Assembly: GCF_006345805.1 (NCBI RefSeq)
Contig: NC_043011.1
Coordinates: 25,742,464-25,806,463, forward strand
Direction of reading: 5' to 3'
Source: Octopus sinensis
Taxonomy: Eukaryota
DNA length: 64,000 nucleotides
A model generated the notes under the pieces. That model was not told the origin of the DNA and ran no database searches. It was given only the letters and a program-made list of their open reading frames with translations. A program made the translations under genes and the position numbers. Shown here in pieces: positions 14,173-25,497 of this stretch (position 1 is its first letter; each line of letters opens with the position of its first letter).

Positions 14173-14263
14173 ATCTCCAGCATGCTTGAAGTGCTGATAC
14201 CTTAAAAAAACTACCAAAACTGGAGTTTTTTTAAGGTATCGGCACTCCAAGCATGCTGGAGAT
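14173..14263. repeat. Near-perfect 40-bp inverted repeat (91-nt hairpin)
   Basis: Arms 14173-14212 and 14224-14263 with 2 transition mismatches. Confidence 0.95.
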
Positions 14264-14439
14264 AGGTCGTTTTCGCCCTTGCTCCCTTAATATAATTATA
14301 ACATATGTATATTATTATTAATTAAATGTATAAATTGCCTATACATTTTTATAGCATGCTGACTACCTGATAAAAATCATTAACGTGATTTTTATCCTTA
14401 TATTCTATTACGAATTAATAAATAATATATATATATTGT

Positions 14440-14640
14440 TGATTCGCTAGCTTCTGCACGCATTTTTTCTCTCCTTGTTTCTCTCCGTGTTTCTTTTCTG
14501 TGTATCTTTCTGTTGAAGAGCGTAGGCTCGAAACGTAAAAGACTTGTTTTATTTATATTCCTGAGCGCCACACTAATACAATTGTTTGTTTGTATTCCAC
14601 CTGCCTTCGTCTTTTGTTTATTTTCATAAAGCTTCCCGTT
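14440..14640 (+). mobile_element. Penelope-like terminal cassette, family alpha
   Basis: Near-identical to the reverse complement of 63483-63700; HHR motif; ends cccgtt|atatat. Confidence 0.7.
14505..14542 (+). ncRNA. Minimal hammerhead-like motif, A6-to-U variant
   Basis: tcttt CTGTTGA a gagc gtag gctc GAAA c GTA|aaaga. Confidence 0.6.
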
Positions 14641-15199
14641 ATATATATATATAGATAGATATGTGAGTGTGCGTGCGTATAACAATAAAATGTTCGTCAA
14701 ATGCGTCAAGAATATATTTTTCACGTTACAATAGTCCTCAATAGTCCTCAATAGATCTGAAGAAAACCGAATGAATGAAATTCACTACAAGCTTACATAC
14801 AAGGTAGGCCAAAAGTTACGCACCAAAACAGTTGACATTTTATTTATATCACGTTCGTATTATTATTTTTATCAGTTTCCGATTCAATTGCATTTTATTT
14901 CATTTTCCGACCGGGTCTCAACCAGAGACCTAAGGCACGTATATATTAGATAGAGAGAAGCTTCCCGAGACTGTGGACGGTTGCATATCTTTGACAATTC
15001 CAGAGCGTATTGAAATTATTTTGTGTATGACTTTAGGCCCTACCTACCTACCTACCTACCTAACACCTACCTACCTACCTACCTACCTACATACCTACAT
15101 ACATACATAGTGCATGCACAAGCACATGCATATTAAATCCTATGCTGAATTATGTCTTAAGGAGATTAAAGCATATAAATACACATACACACACACACA

Positions 15200-15262
<63 letters not shown>

Positions 15263-15307
15263 CTATTCCCTTCGTCAACAGGCCGCAAAAAGAAGTTTGA
15301 TATATAA

Positions 15308-15778
15308 CAGGGTGCCCCTAAAATCTGGACACAGGCAAAATGTATATTTTCAAGAAATACACGTAAAATTTTCAACAACGTTTTATTGAATTGAAATATC
15401 TACAAACAACATCTTCAATATGATTTCCACCATTTGTGATGCGAAGTTCGATGCGCTTTATGTGAACCCGATGCAATAACTCTACACTGCCATCAATTTG
15501 AGTACATTCTCTCTTTATGTGTTCCATCTAGTGTGTTGCATTTGTGATTTTCATTGAATACACTTTGTCATTTAGCATATCCCAGAAAAAGAAGTCAAGC
15601 GGGGGGCTAAGGTATGATGTACGAGGAGACCACTCTACATGACTACATCTTCCAATCCAGTTAGGGTATTAACTGGTCCCTCAACATGGGGAGGTAAGTC
15701 TCACTAGTTATATGTTCATTGAAGAAAAATGGGCCTAACACATGAGATTTTCTGTGTCCAGACTTTAGGAAAACACTG
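15308..15778 (-). mobile_element. Short Tc1/mariner (DD37D/maT-like) deletion derivative with both TIRs
   Basis: TIRs cagggtgcccctaaaatctggacacag and ctgtgtccagactttaggaaaacactg. Internal GPFFFNEH..TYL.ML and PLDFFFW..L.DKVY. Confidence 0.85.
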
Positions 15779-16289
15779 CGCATTATGAAAAAAACGAAAC
15801 GTGATGAATCCTGAACAAAATCTGAGATTAGATTTTCTACATCAAAGTGTTTGGTAAATTCAGATTTAAAATTGAAATCGTACAAATGGAGCCGGGTAAC
15901 TTGTGAAAGCATTATATGCCGATTGAAAGAGCGGAAAAAAGAAAGGAATCTATAGTTACAAGAGAATGAGAATTTAAATATGAAAACAGACTAATTTTAA
16001 GTCTCACATCATATGATCTTGTACATAGTTAATGAAATGTCCGAAAATACCAATAACATGGTTTTAAAGAACATTTGCTATGAACAATAATATTAAAAAT
16101 TAGTATTAAAAACATCCTGTCGTAAATGTCTCATATTCATAAGGGATATGATATTATTCTGCTACGGTCCGGTCAACGGGGGGCAAAACGTTTTAAGTAA
16201 GAAACGAAATCAAAGACATAACCATATTATACTATAGAACAAAATCGACAACACAATCTATATTAAGGACAACATTTATATTGTTTCTA

Positions 16290-16760
16290 AGATAATTAGC
16301 TGCGTGGTTAAGAAGTTCACTTTCCAACCACATTGTTTCGGGTTGTCCCACTGAACGGTACCTTAGGCAAGTGTCTTCTTCTATAGCCTTGGGTCGACCA
16401 ATGGCTTTGTGAGTGAATTGGTTGGCAGAACCTGCCTGGAAACCCACCGTGTGTGTATGTATGTATGTATGTATGTATGTGTGTATGTGTGTATGTATGT
16501 ATGTATGTATGTATGTATGTATGTATGTATGTATGTATGTATGTATGTATGTGTGAGTGTGTGTGTGCATGTGGGTGATTGTCCTCCCTCATCGCTTGAC
16601 AACCGGTGTTGATTTGTATGTGTCCCAATATCCTAGCGGTTCAGCAAAGAATGAATACCAGACATTAAAATATTAAGCGCTGGCGTCGATGAGACTAAAT
16701 TCTTCGAGGCGGTACTCCAGCATGGTCACAGTCCAATGATCGAAACAAGTAAAAGGCAAA
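16290..16760 (+). mobile_element. SINE family A
   Basis: Similarity to 492-908; internal (TATG)n. Confidence 0.8.
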
Positions 16761-17334
16761 GGATACAATATAATATATATATATATATATATGATCGGTA
16801 TTTTAAATAACGATCTTATCCTTATAAATATATATATATATGAAACGCAGAATTTTCCTAATGATTTGGGGGAAAACACAGCTTTTAAATATATTTCATT
16901 TAAATTGTTTTCATATTAATTAATTACGTGTCACACTTATGTAATTATACATTTAATATTTCTTAATGAAACAGCTGTTGAACACAGTGTATGAACTGTA
17001 TGTGAAATTTATGCTTTTCTACTTTTATTTTAATTATATTGCGCTTAATGATATTTTTAGCTGATTATGTGTTTGTACATGCAAGTCTTCCCCACTTGGA
17101 TTTACTGCAATGTAATAATGGCGTGTTGGAATCGAATGAGCTGTTATTGTTTGAGCCTTTAATTATCATGGATTTATTTTTTTTATTTTTATGCATCTGT
17201 TCATCCATAATGTCTTTTATGGACGTATTGAGCTTAGAAACAATGTATAGAGGAAGTAGATCAAAGTCATCCAGCAGCGTCCGATGAGAATGTCACAAGC
17301 CCGTTTCTACCTCGCCCAGAGTTATGATGTAGAG

Positions 17335-17510
17335 GAGCGTAGTTTAGTGATTAGGGCGTTCCGCTCGCGATCGTAAGACTGTGGTTTCGATTCCTGAACT
17401 GGGAGATGAATTGTGTTCCTGAGCAAAAACTTTTCATTTCACGTTGCTCCATTCCACTTATCTGACAGAAATGATAATCCTGCGACAGACTCGCATATGC
17501 TCCTTCTCTG
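17335..17510 (+). mobile_element. tRNA-head SINE (family D-like), diverged
   Basis: A/B-box remnants gtagtttagtgattag and ggtttcgattcc. Confidence 0.6.
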
Positions 17511-17556
17511 TTGGCTATGCACATTTTACTGTATATATGCTATGTGTGTGTGTATG

Positions 17557-19090
17557 TTAGTTAGTTAGTTAGTTAGTTAATTTGGCTCAAAAGCAAATAG
17601 CAAGGCCATGTAGGGGGACATGGAGTTAAGTACAGGGTGGTGTTCATGTAAAGAGTTCAGGCCACTTGAGGTCAAGGGAGGCTTTGAACAAAGCGGTCGT
17701 CGGCATCTTCACCATCTCGTCTGGCAGCTTGTTCCACGGATCCGCAACCCGGACGGAGAAAGCTCCTCTCCTTCGATTGAGATGAAATCGTCGCAGGTAG
17801 AGCTTTTCGGAATGACCCCGCAGCCGACGCTCTGGAGCAGGAGTGAAGAACAGCTCTTTCGAGAGGTTACACTTTCCGCTTATGATGTTGTGGGCGAGAA
17901 TGAGATCACCACGGCGGCGGCGTTTTTCTAGAGAATAAAGGTCGAGCGTCCTCAGCCTTTCTTCATATAGACAAATTTTTGAGACCATGAACCATGCGGG
18001 TAGCCAGCTCTGGACTCTTTCGAGATGCTGTATGTCTTTGAGGAGATAAGGAGAAGAGGCTTGAATCCCGTACTCCAATATGGGTCTCACCAGCGTGACA
18101 TAGAGTGGTAGGAATATGGCTGCTGTGAGCATTCCGAATGACCGTCGAATCAAGAACAGAATTCCGCGTGCTTTGTTGGCAGCATGGACGCACTGGGCCG
18201 AAGGCGAAAAGGAGGAATCCACCAAGATACCCAGGTCCTTTACCTGATCGGTCCTCTCCAGCAGCAGACGACCCGGCTCGAAATCAAGTTGAGTTGCAGG
18301 AGGAGAGCCAACAGGCAGATGACAGCACTTTGACACGTTCAGACACAGGTCCCATTCGTTAGACCACCTCCAATTTGGTGGAGGCATCGACGAAGATCCT
18401 CTATATCACCGCGAGGAGCGACCAGTTTGATATCGTCGGCAAATAGAAGGGTGTGTTGCGTGAGGTCGTCGGGCAAGTCATTTATGAAGACTAAGAACAA
18501 TAAGGGCCCAAGCACTGAACCTTGAGGCACGCCACTGCTCGCACTGGAGACGTCGGACCGCGAACCATTAACTTGGACTTGGAAGGAGCGATCTGAGAGG
18601 AAGGCACCAACCCATCGTACAATATCCGGATGGAAACTATATGCTTGAAGCTTGACAAGTAATAGGCGGTGGTTTACCGAGTCAAAAGCTTTGGCAAAGT
18701 CCAATAAAACGATGTCAAGCATCACTATCATCGAGGATGCGCGTCACCAATTTTCCATTCCATACAGTAAGTTGGTCAAGCATGATCTCCTCGGCACGAA
18801 GCCGTGTTGGGAATCAGAGATAGAGGCTGTATTTTGGAGGTGGAGCATCATACTTTTCTTAAGGATGGTTTCGAACATCTTGCTGATTATTGATGTAAGG
18901 GAAACCGGTCGGTAGTTAAGCGGGTCTTCGCGGCTCCCTTTCTTGAAAATTGGGCAGATTATCGCTGTTCTCCAGTCCGCAGGTATAACACCCGTCGCCA
19001 ATGACATATTGAATAGACGTGTTAAGGGCTCGCAGATGACCGGAGCCAACGCTTTGATAACCCGTGGGTGTATGCCGTCAGGGCCGGTGT
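17557..19090 (-). mobile_element. 5'-truncated CR1/L2-type LINE: RT domain to 3' end with (CTAA)n tail
   Basis: GPDGIHPR, NYRPVSLTS, QHGF, LDFAKAFDSV, SGVPQGSVLGPLLF, LFADD, LEKRRRRGDLI, WNKLP. About four single-base frameshifts and no internal stops seen; (gtta)n at 17557-17580. Confidence 0.95.
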
Positions 19091-19275
19091 GTTGTGTGTG
19101 CGCGCATATTATGAAAGTATGGAAAATATATGGCTCGTTCATTTCCTGCCAGTTAGCTGTTTCCAGCCATTTTGGGGCACAGTCTCATATCTAAAAAAGG
19201 CATATCTATGCATTCAATCACTTACATGCTATATAGTCTGACTCTTATAAAACAAGGTAACCAAACTGCAGTTTT

Positions 19276-19575
19276 TCAAATATACACAGGCTCTTCGGTG
19301 TTTAGTGTGCCTCTCGAGGAAGAAGTCGACTCGGCTTCTTTTTGCATCTCAATTAATATAAAAAACGAATAAAACTAAAGAAAATTGTTCAATCTTTATA
19401 ATTATTTACCGNNNNNNNNNNNNNNNNNNNNNNNNNNNNNNNNNNNNNNNNNNNNNNNNNNNNNNNNNNNNNNNNNNNNNNNNNNNNNNNNNNNNNNNNN
19501 NNNNNNNNNNNGTATAACACAAGCCTTCTATAGTTTTTTCACTCTTTTTTGTCTTTTATACATCCAGCCACGTGC
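19276..19575 (-). CDS. Probable terminal exon of the UNC-93-like gene, broken by the assembly gap (...K D K K E..N Y R [gap] ...FILIEMQKEAESTSSSRGTLNTEEPVYI*)
   Basis: Right of the gap, AAA GAC AAA AAA GAG and AAC TAT AGA (19527-19535) resemble the expected 'D.QE.AF.NYR'. Left of the gap is a hydrophobic 'ILIE' followed by a polar tail and TGA at 19276-19278. Frames are disrupted next to the gap. Confidence 0.45.
19412..19511. other. Assembly gap (100 N)
   Basis: Run of n characters. Confidence 1.
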
Positions 19576-19965
19576 TTTCACATACCAACTCTCTCACCTA
19601 TATATATATATATATATATATATATAGATATATATATATATATATATATCTATATATATATATAGATAATATATATATATATATATATACACATACGCGA
19701 CACACATACATATATACATAAATAAATATATAATATTATATGCATATGTACATATATATATATGTAAGTGCATGTATATAAACATATATACATATATATC
19801 TACACATACAGAGACATTCACCCATAGATATACACATGACTACACACATACATTCATATTTATATTCAAAAAACGCATTGTAATTGTGTAGGTACGCCTC
19901 TGTGAGTGTATACGTACAAACACGCACACGCGCGCATACACACACACATACACACAGACACACAG

Positions 19966-19996
<31 letters not shown>

Positions 19997-20445
19997 CACA
20001 CACACACACACACATATACGCACAAACACACACACACACACATATATATTTATCTCCGGTATCTATGTAACTATGCTTCTATGTATTTATGTAAATTCAC
20101 CAATGTTTCGAAGAAGCAAATGGATTACCAGGAATCTTTTGTATGGAATAGACAATCTGAAATACGGAATTCATTATTTCTGGTTCTTCAAGCACCTCAT
20201 TTGACATCTAGATATCCTATTATTCCAAACACGTCTTGAAATACCATGCGGCACGCGCCCACAGAAGACGTCGTTTTCTTATATTACACCCTCCAGCTTG
20301 GTTCGTTTCTCTTCCATTGTCAAAAGATGGTTTTGTTTGGTCCTCACCTTTTCCTTCCCTTCCTCTCACCGTCTCCTCTCTCCCTCTCTCTCTTTCTTTC
20401 TCTCTGTGTGTGTGCGTGTGGTGTATAATATATATATCTATATAT

Positions 20446-20489
<44 letters not shown>

Positions 20490-20865
20490 TTAGTGTATAT
20501 AGTATATATTATATTATATATATATATAATAATATATATATAGTATATATATTATATATATATATATGTACATATATATGTCTGAATACACACACACATA
20601 CGTATATATGTGTGTATGTGTATAACTATATATATATTATATATATACATATATAACGTGTGTATGTATATATATATGTGTGTGTGTATGTGTACATATA
20701 AATACATCTATATATAAAAGAGTATATGTATATATATATTTATACACACAGATACATACACGCATATAGATGTATATATTTATTTATATATATATCTACG
20801 TGTATGTGATATATATATATATATATAATAGATATATATATATTATATTATATATATATATATAT

Positions 20866-20908
<43 letters not shown>

Positions 20909-20993
20909 TCAGAGGGTGGAGAGATACTTGGAACGTGGGGGAGAGAGATAAAGATAGTAAGTAAAATATATAGATCGAGAAAGAGTGTTTACA

Positions 20994-21029
<36 letters not shown>

Positions 21030-21129
21030 GGAGTGAGTATGTGAGTGTGTGAGTATGAATGGATACATGAGTGGATAAGTAAAGCCAATTGTTAAAGGAA
21101 GGTGTAGAAATGATGAAATTGTTACTCAC

Positions 21130-21394
21130 TGTTACACTGGGTCTGCCATACTGCATCACAGACACCCCACGATGCCGCCAGTATAAAGAATATTAACAGA
21201 TTTTTCTCGGGTATCCAAATTAGGAATCCAATCATGAGTCCGATATGTACGACCCCTCCGAAACCGAGTACCACTTCTCTGGGAATATATTTGGCACAGA
21301 GTGCAACCATAACAGAACTGAGAACGTTAGCCAGACCCATGGTGATCATACAGTACCCCACGTAATCGATACCTAGGGTACATGTGACGTAAGA
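21130..21394 (-). CDS. UNC93A: UNC-93-family MFS protein, internal exon (265 nt, phase 0/1): SYVTCTLGIDYVGYCMITMGLANVLSSVMVALCAKYIPREVVLGFGGVVHIGLMIGFLIWIPEKNLLIFFILAASWGVCDAVWQTQCN
   Basis: Acceptor ttttttcttattttccag, donor AACA|gtgagt. Contains the UNC-93 motifs 'SYVTC.LG...VG' and 'WG..DAVWQTQ.N' and several hydrophobic helices. Confidence 0.92.
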
Positions 21395-21428
21395 CTGGAA
21401 AATAAGAAAAAATATATAAATGAGGATG

Positions 21429-21462
<34 letters not shown>

Positions 21463-21499
21463 TAATAATAAGATAATAATAATAATAATAATAATATTT

Positions 21500-21645
21500 T
21501 TTTTTATTTTTTTAAAATTTTATTTTTATGTATTAGACATTCACTAGTACAACACCAAAAAAAAAAAACCCAAATATATGGCACAGAACTTCCAACCTGT
21601 TGTCTCTTGAGGTCTCTGGGTACAGACATAAAGCAAAAGTCAAAC

Positions 21646-21660
<15 letters not shown>
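21500..21660 (+). mobile_element. R4/Dong-like 3' end fragment within (AAT)n
   Basis: ttgtctcttgaggtctctggg...caaaagtcaaacat followed by (aat)n; flanked by (AAT)n on both sides. Confidence 0.45.
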
Positions 21661-21688
<28 letters not shown>

Positions 21689-21689
<1 letters not shown>

Positions 21690-21896
21690 TAGGTGCATTG
21701 GAACTATCTCCAATGATCTAAACAGATGGATATAAGAAATATGCATAAAACCCAATTTAGTACAGGTGGAGAAAACAGTGTTATTAGGGACAGCTGGGAT
21801 ACTTAGGAAGGTTCTTGGCATCCAAGGCTACTTGATGTAGCCCCATGTTAGGGTTCTTTTCTTTTCCAACAGTCTAATCTGCTGAGTGTATATGAA
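21689..21896 (+). mobile_element. R4/Dong LINE 3' end
   Basis: IGALGTIS.DL.RW...VEKTVLLGTAGILRKVLG, then a short UTR and (AAT)n. Confidence 0.8.
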
Positions 21897-21919
21897 TAAT
21901 AATAATAATAATAATAATA

Positions 21920-22014
<95 letters not shown>

Positions 22015-22026
22015 ATAATAATAATA

Positions 22027-22083
<57 letters not shown>

Positions 22084-22144
22084 CAATAATAATGATGATG
22101 ATGATATGATGATGATGATGATAATAACAATAATGATAATGATG

Positions 22145-22191
<47 letters not shown>

Positions 22192-22192
22192 T

Positions 22193-22712
22193 TCTGATCT
22201 TAACTGATTGGAAGTGTTATCATGTACATTGTTTTGTCTTGGTATAAAAGATGGGCTACAGCAAATATTCTGCTCAATACCACAGATTTGCTTGTCAGTT
22301 GTTTGACCGTAACCAGTTGACCATGTCCCTTAGTGACTGACGATATGTGCATCTCTGATCACGAGCAGAAGTAGCGGGGGAGCATCATAGCCACATGTTG
22401 AGAGGGATTCTTTGGGTTTTGAATAATTCACCTCTGGAAACATGGGTGTTTCGTTCAACATCCTTAAATAACCCTTATTCAGGACCGTTTGAGCGGAATG
22501 GGCTACTCAACCTGAAGAAAAATTCTAACTGGGCCCCACCTGCAAGGTCATGTGCTGTTTATCTTGATATGAGATCATCATGTCGCGCACATATGGTTGT
22601 GATGCATGTGCCTAGTGTACCCTTATCAGACGGGTAGTCATGATGGGTATACTGGGCTTCGTATATTTTACCCCAGTGTCACTTTGATGGCATGCACTGC
22701 TCTCTCACTCAA
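22193..22712 (+). mobile_element. Interspersed repeat with (AAT)n tail, probably an R4/Dong-associated 3' UTR or non-autonomous element
   Basis: Higher-GC complex block bounded by (AAT)n on both sides, ending ctctctcactc|aataataat. Confidence 0.5.
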
Positions 22713-22740
22713 TAATAATAATAATAATAATGATAATCCT

Positions 22741-23135
22741 TTCTACGACAGGTATAGGGTTTGAAATTTGTTGGGTGGGGGAGACAAGTCAATTAGATCG
22801 ACTTAATTTATTGATCCCGAAAGGATGAAAGCAAAGTTGACTTCGGCGGAATTTGAACTCAGAATATAAAGACAGATGAAATACCGCTAAGCATTTTTCC
22901 CGGCGTGCAATAACGATGATGATGGTTTTAAATTTTGGCACAAGGCCAACAATTTCGGGGGAGTGGGTAAGTCGATTACATCGATCCAAGTGTTCAACTG
23001 GTACTTATTTTATCGACCCCGAAAGGATGAAAGGCAAAGTCGATCTTGGCGGAGTTTGAACTCAGAGAGTAAAGATGGACGAAATACTGCTAAGCATTTT
23101 GCCCGGCGTGCTAACGATTCTGCCAGCTCACCGCC
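22741..23135 (-). mobile_element. Two SINE family B copies
   Basis: Family similarity. Confidence 0.85.
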
Positions 23136-23399
23136 TTAACAACAACAACGACGACGAGGACGACGACAACAACAACAACAACAACAACAACTGCAGTAGC
23201 TGCAGCAGCAGAGACCCACCACTAGTTGATGACGATCCTCCCTGTCAACCCCTACATAACTAGTCCGCTTATTGACCGTCTGCATCTTCTCGTAAACGTC
23301 CCTACTGCAATAAGTCCTATCTTGGTTGACTGTGCACATCTATGCAAAGTGTTACGACACACGAACAGAACAAACAAACAAAATATTTGTTTCTGTGTT

Positions 23400-24275
23400 C
23401 AAGGAAGTTAACAACTGCAAAAACAAAAATAATAATAATAAAATAAATAAAGAGGTTGAAGTGACAGAAACTTGTGAGAATAGAGAAGAAACGGCATCAG
23501 AAATTGCGTAAAGCTAAGATTGGTTTCCATGATGTCACGTTAAAACGATGGCAAGAAAAGCTACTTGATATCCTATACACGAAAAAATAACACACCTTAA
23601 ATATGGTGAAGACAGAAAAAAAAAATTGCAGCACTGCGTAACACAAAACTAAGAGGTGAGGTTGGAACATTCTTGATTTTGGCTCAAAATTAAATCCTTT
23701 TTTTTTTTTTATCAGAAACACAGAGACTACCAGAATACATTAATATCAAAACATGAGGAGGTCGGGAAGAAACAATCACACTGTCTCTTGGTTGCTCAGT
23801 GTTATCCAAGGCAGAATACATCTGCAATCATGAAAAAACTAGGGATTTCATTCCCTAGAATGTGTGTCAGCACCATGAAAAGCCAACAGAAAAGAAGTAA
23901 TATAAATATACACTAGAAAAAGTTCTTAGTGAATGACAAAGCGACCATAATCATAGAATTCCTATCAATACAAATTGTAGGAAGATGAAGAATAATCACC
24001 GGATATTGTTATCAGGAATCACGAGGAAAGGAAGGAACTTCTTAATCGAAGTATCACCCCACAACAGATGATAATGTATTGCTAAGAGAATTGGAGAAAT
24101 TATACCAAAAGAAAGATCTGTAAATAGGGAGACAATTAAAATCTAGGGACAGAATATAGAAACAATCATCATAATAATAATTGGTACATTGAGAATGATT
24201 TAAAACAAAAAATGGACACATATAGGACTGTAATATAACCAGACTCCAGCATTTATACATCAACACAAAATATAG
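23400..24275 (+). mobile_element. Degenerate R4/Dong LINE C-terminus (zinc knuckle and REL endonuclease)
   Basis: RWQEK, CSVLSKAEYICNH, PDIVIRNHEERKELLIEVS; many frameshifts. Confidence 0.7.
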
Positions 24276-24279
24276 AGAA

Positions 24280-25497
24280 CTAGCTGAATTACCCGGTGTT
24301 GCTCGGGTTACTGTTCTTATTCAGATTAGTAAACAATAAATATGAAGATATATTTTCTCTCATAATTATTCCCAAATATCTATATTTTGTTAAAAGATAT
24401 CCAAATTGTAAAAATAGAATTTAGAACTGAAAATCTGTCAATCTTGAAGCACCTCGAGGTAAACAATATTCATCGTGTAATTTTTTGTTGGTGTCTAAAT
24501 GATAAAATTGTTGTTGCTTCTAACTCGTGAGCAACCAACATAGAGTTGGCCGTGGGAGAAGCATGTAGTAGTGAGATGACCCAGGGATTTGTTAATTGAA
24601 AGACCAAAACTTAGTTTGACTGGAAACTCAAGTGTCTTAAATTCAAATGAAACATCTGTAGGTATGAGAGGAAATTTTGGAATAAAGACATTTTCTTCTT
24701 TGTGACTACCTGTTATGATTGTTGCCTGCAGGACATGGGGCTTCATGGAAGTAACAGTTAAGCGAGTTCCATTACACAGGCGAGGCGGGTCAAGATTCCT
24801 AAGCAACATAATGGGAGAATCCAGCTTTAGCGTCAAGTTATGCGATCGCATCCCAGTAGGTTTAAGTGTGTTCAGAAAATCAACAGGGTATTGAACAAAC
24901 TGATCTTGATCGAATGTTGTGTGAATTGATGGAAACGTAATTTCTGATGTACCTGTTAACTTTTGAAGAAGTTCACGAGTAAGTTTATCAACCATTTCAT
25001 TTGTTGGGGCCAGTATAGCTCTCTCACATAGCCAGTTTACATCAGTGTAATTGACAATCGCACATACACTCACACACACATACACTCTCACATATACTCA
25101 CGTACATACACTAAGACAGATACATACAAACATACATTTACGTAACGAACGCGCAAACACACATACACTCTAAGACACATACACACTCATATACAAAATG
25201 TGTCGTGGTCGCGGTCGTGGTGGTATAAAATGTCCTTTACTATCTTGTACGTAAGGAAAGCACAAACAGACACACAGTCACAGACACACACACACACACA
25301 CACACACAGAGACTCATATACAAAATTTGTCGTGGTGGTGGTGGTGTTGGTATAAAATGTCCTTTACTATGTCGGACGTAACGAACTTACAAACACACAC
25401 ACTCAGACATATACACTCATATACAAAATGTAACGTCGTCGTCGTCGTGGTATAAAATGTCCTTTATTATAGTCGACTATAGAAATATTATTTTAGA
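24280..25497 (-). mobile_element. Internally deleted Helitron carrying a PIF1 helicase C-terminal fragment (24495-25055)
   Basis: ERAILAPTN, PIMLLRNLDPPRLCNGTRL, FPVKLSFGLSINKS, FSHGQLYVGCSRV. 3' terminus: acccg-loop-cgggt hairpin (24291-24308) then CTAG|T at 24280. The 5' TC terminus is uncertain (25483 or 25497). Confidence 0.88.

Larger units (their letters stand above)
21425..22192. repeat. (AAT)n field with embedded LINE ends
   Basis: Direct inspection. Confidence 0.95.

Noticed and set aside
17040-17290. About 70-80 open codons on both strands
   Set aside because: No recognisable domain or splice sites; compatible with chance.
20100-20175. Minus-strand ag...gt bounded segment as the next UNC93 exon
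   Set aside because: In the required phase it stops after 10 codons and has no UNC-93 similarity.
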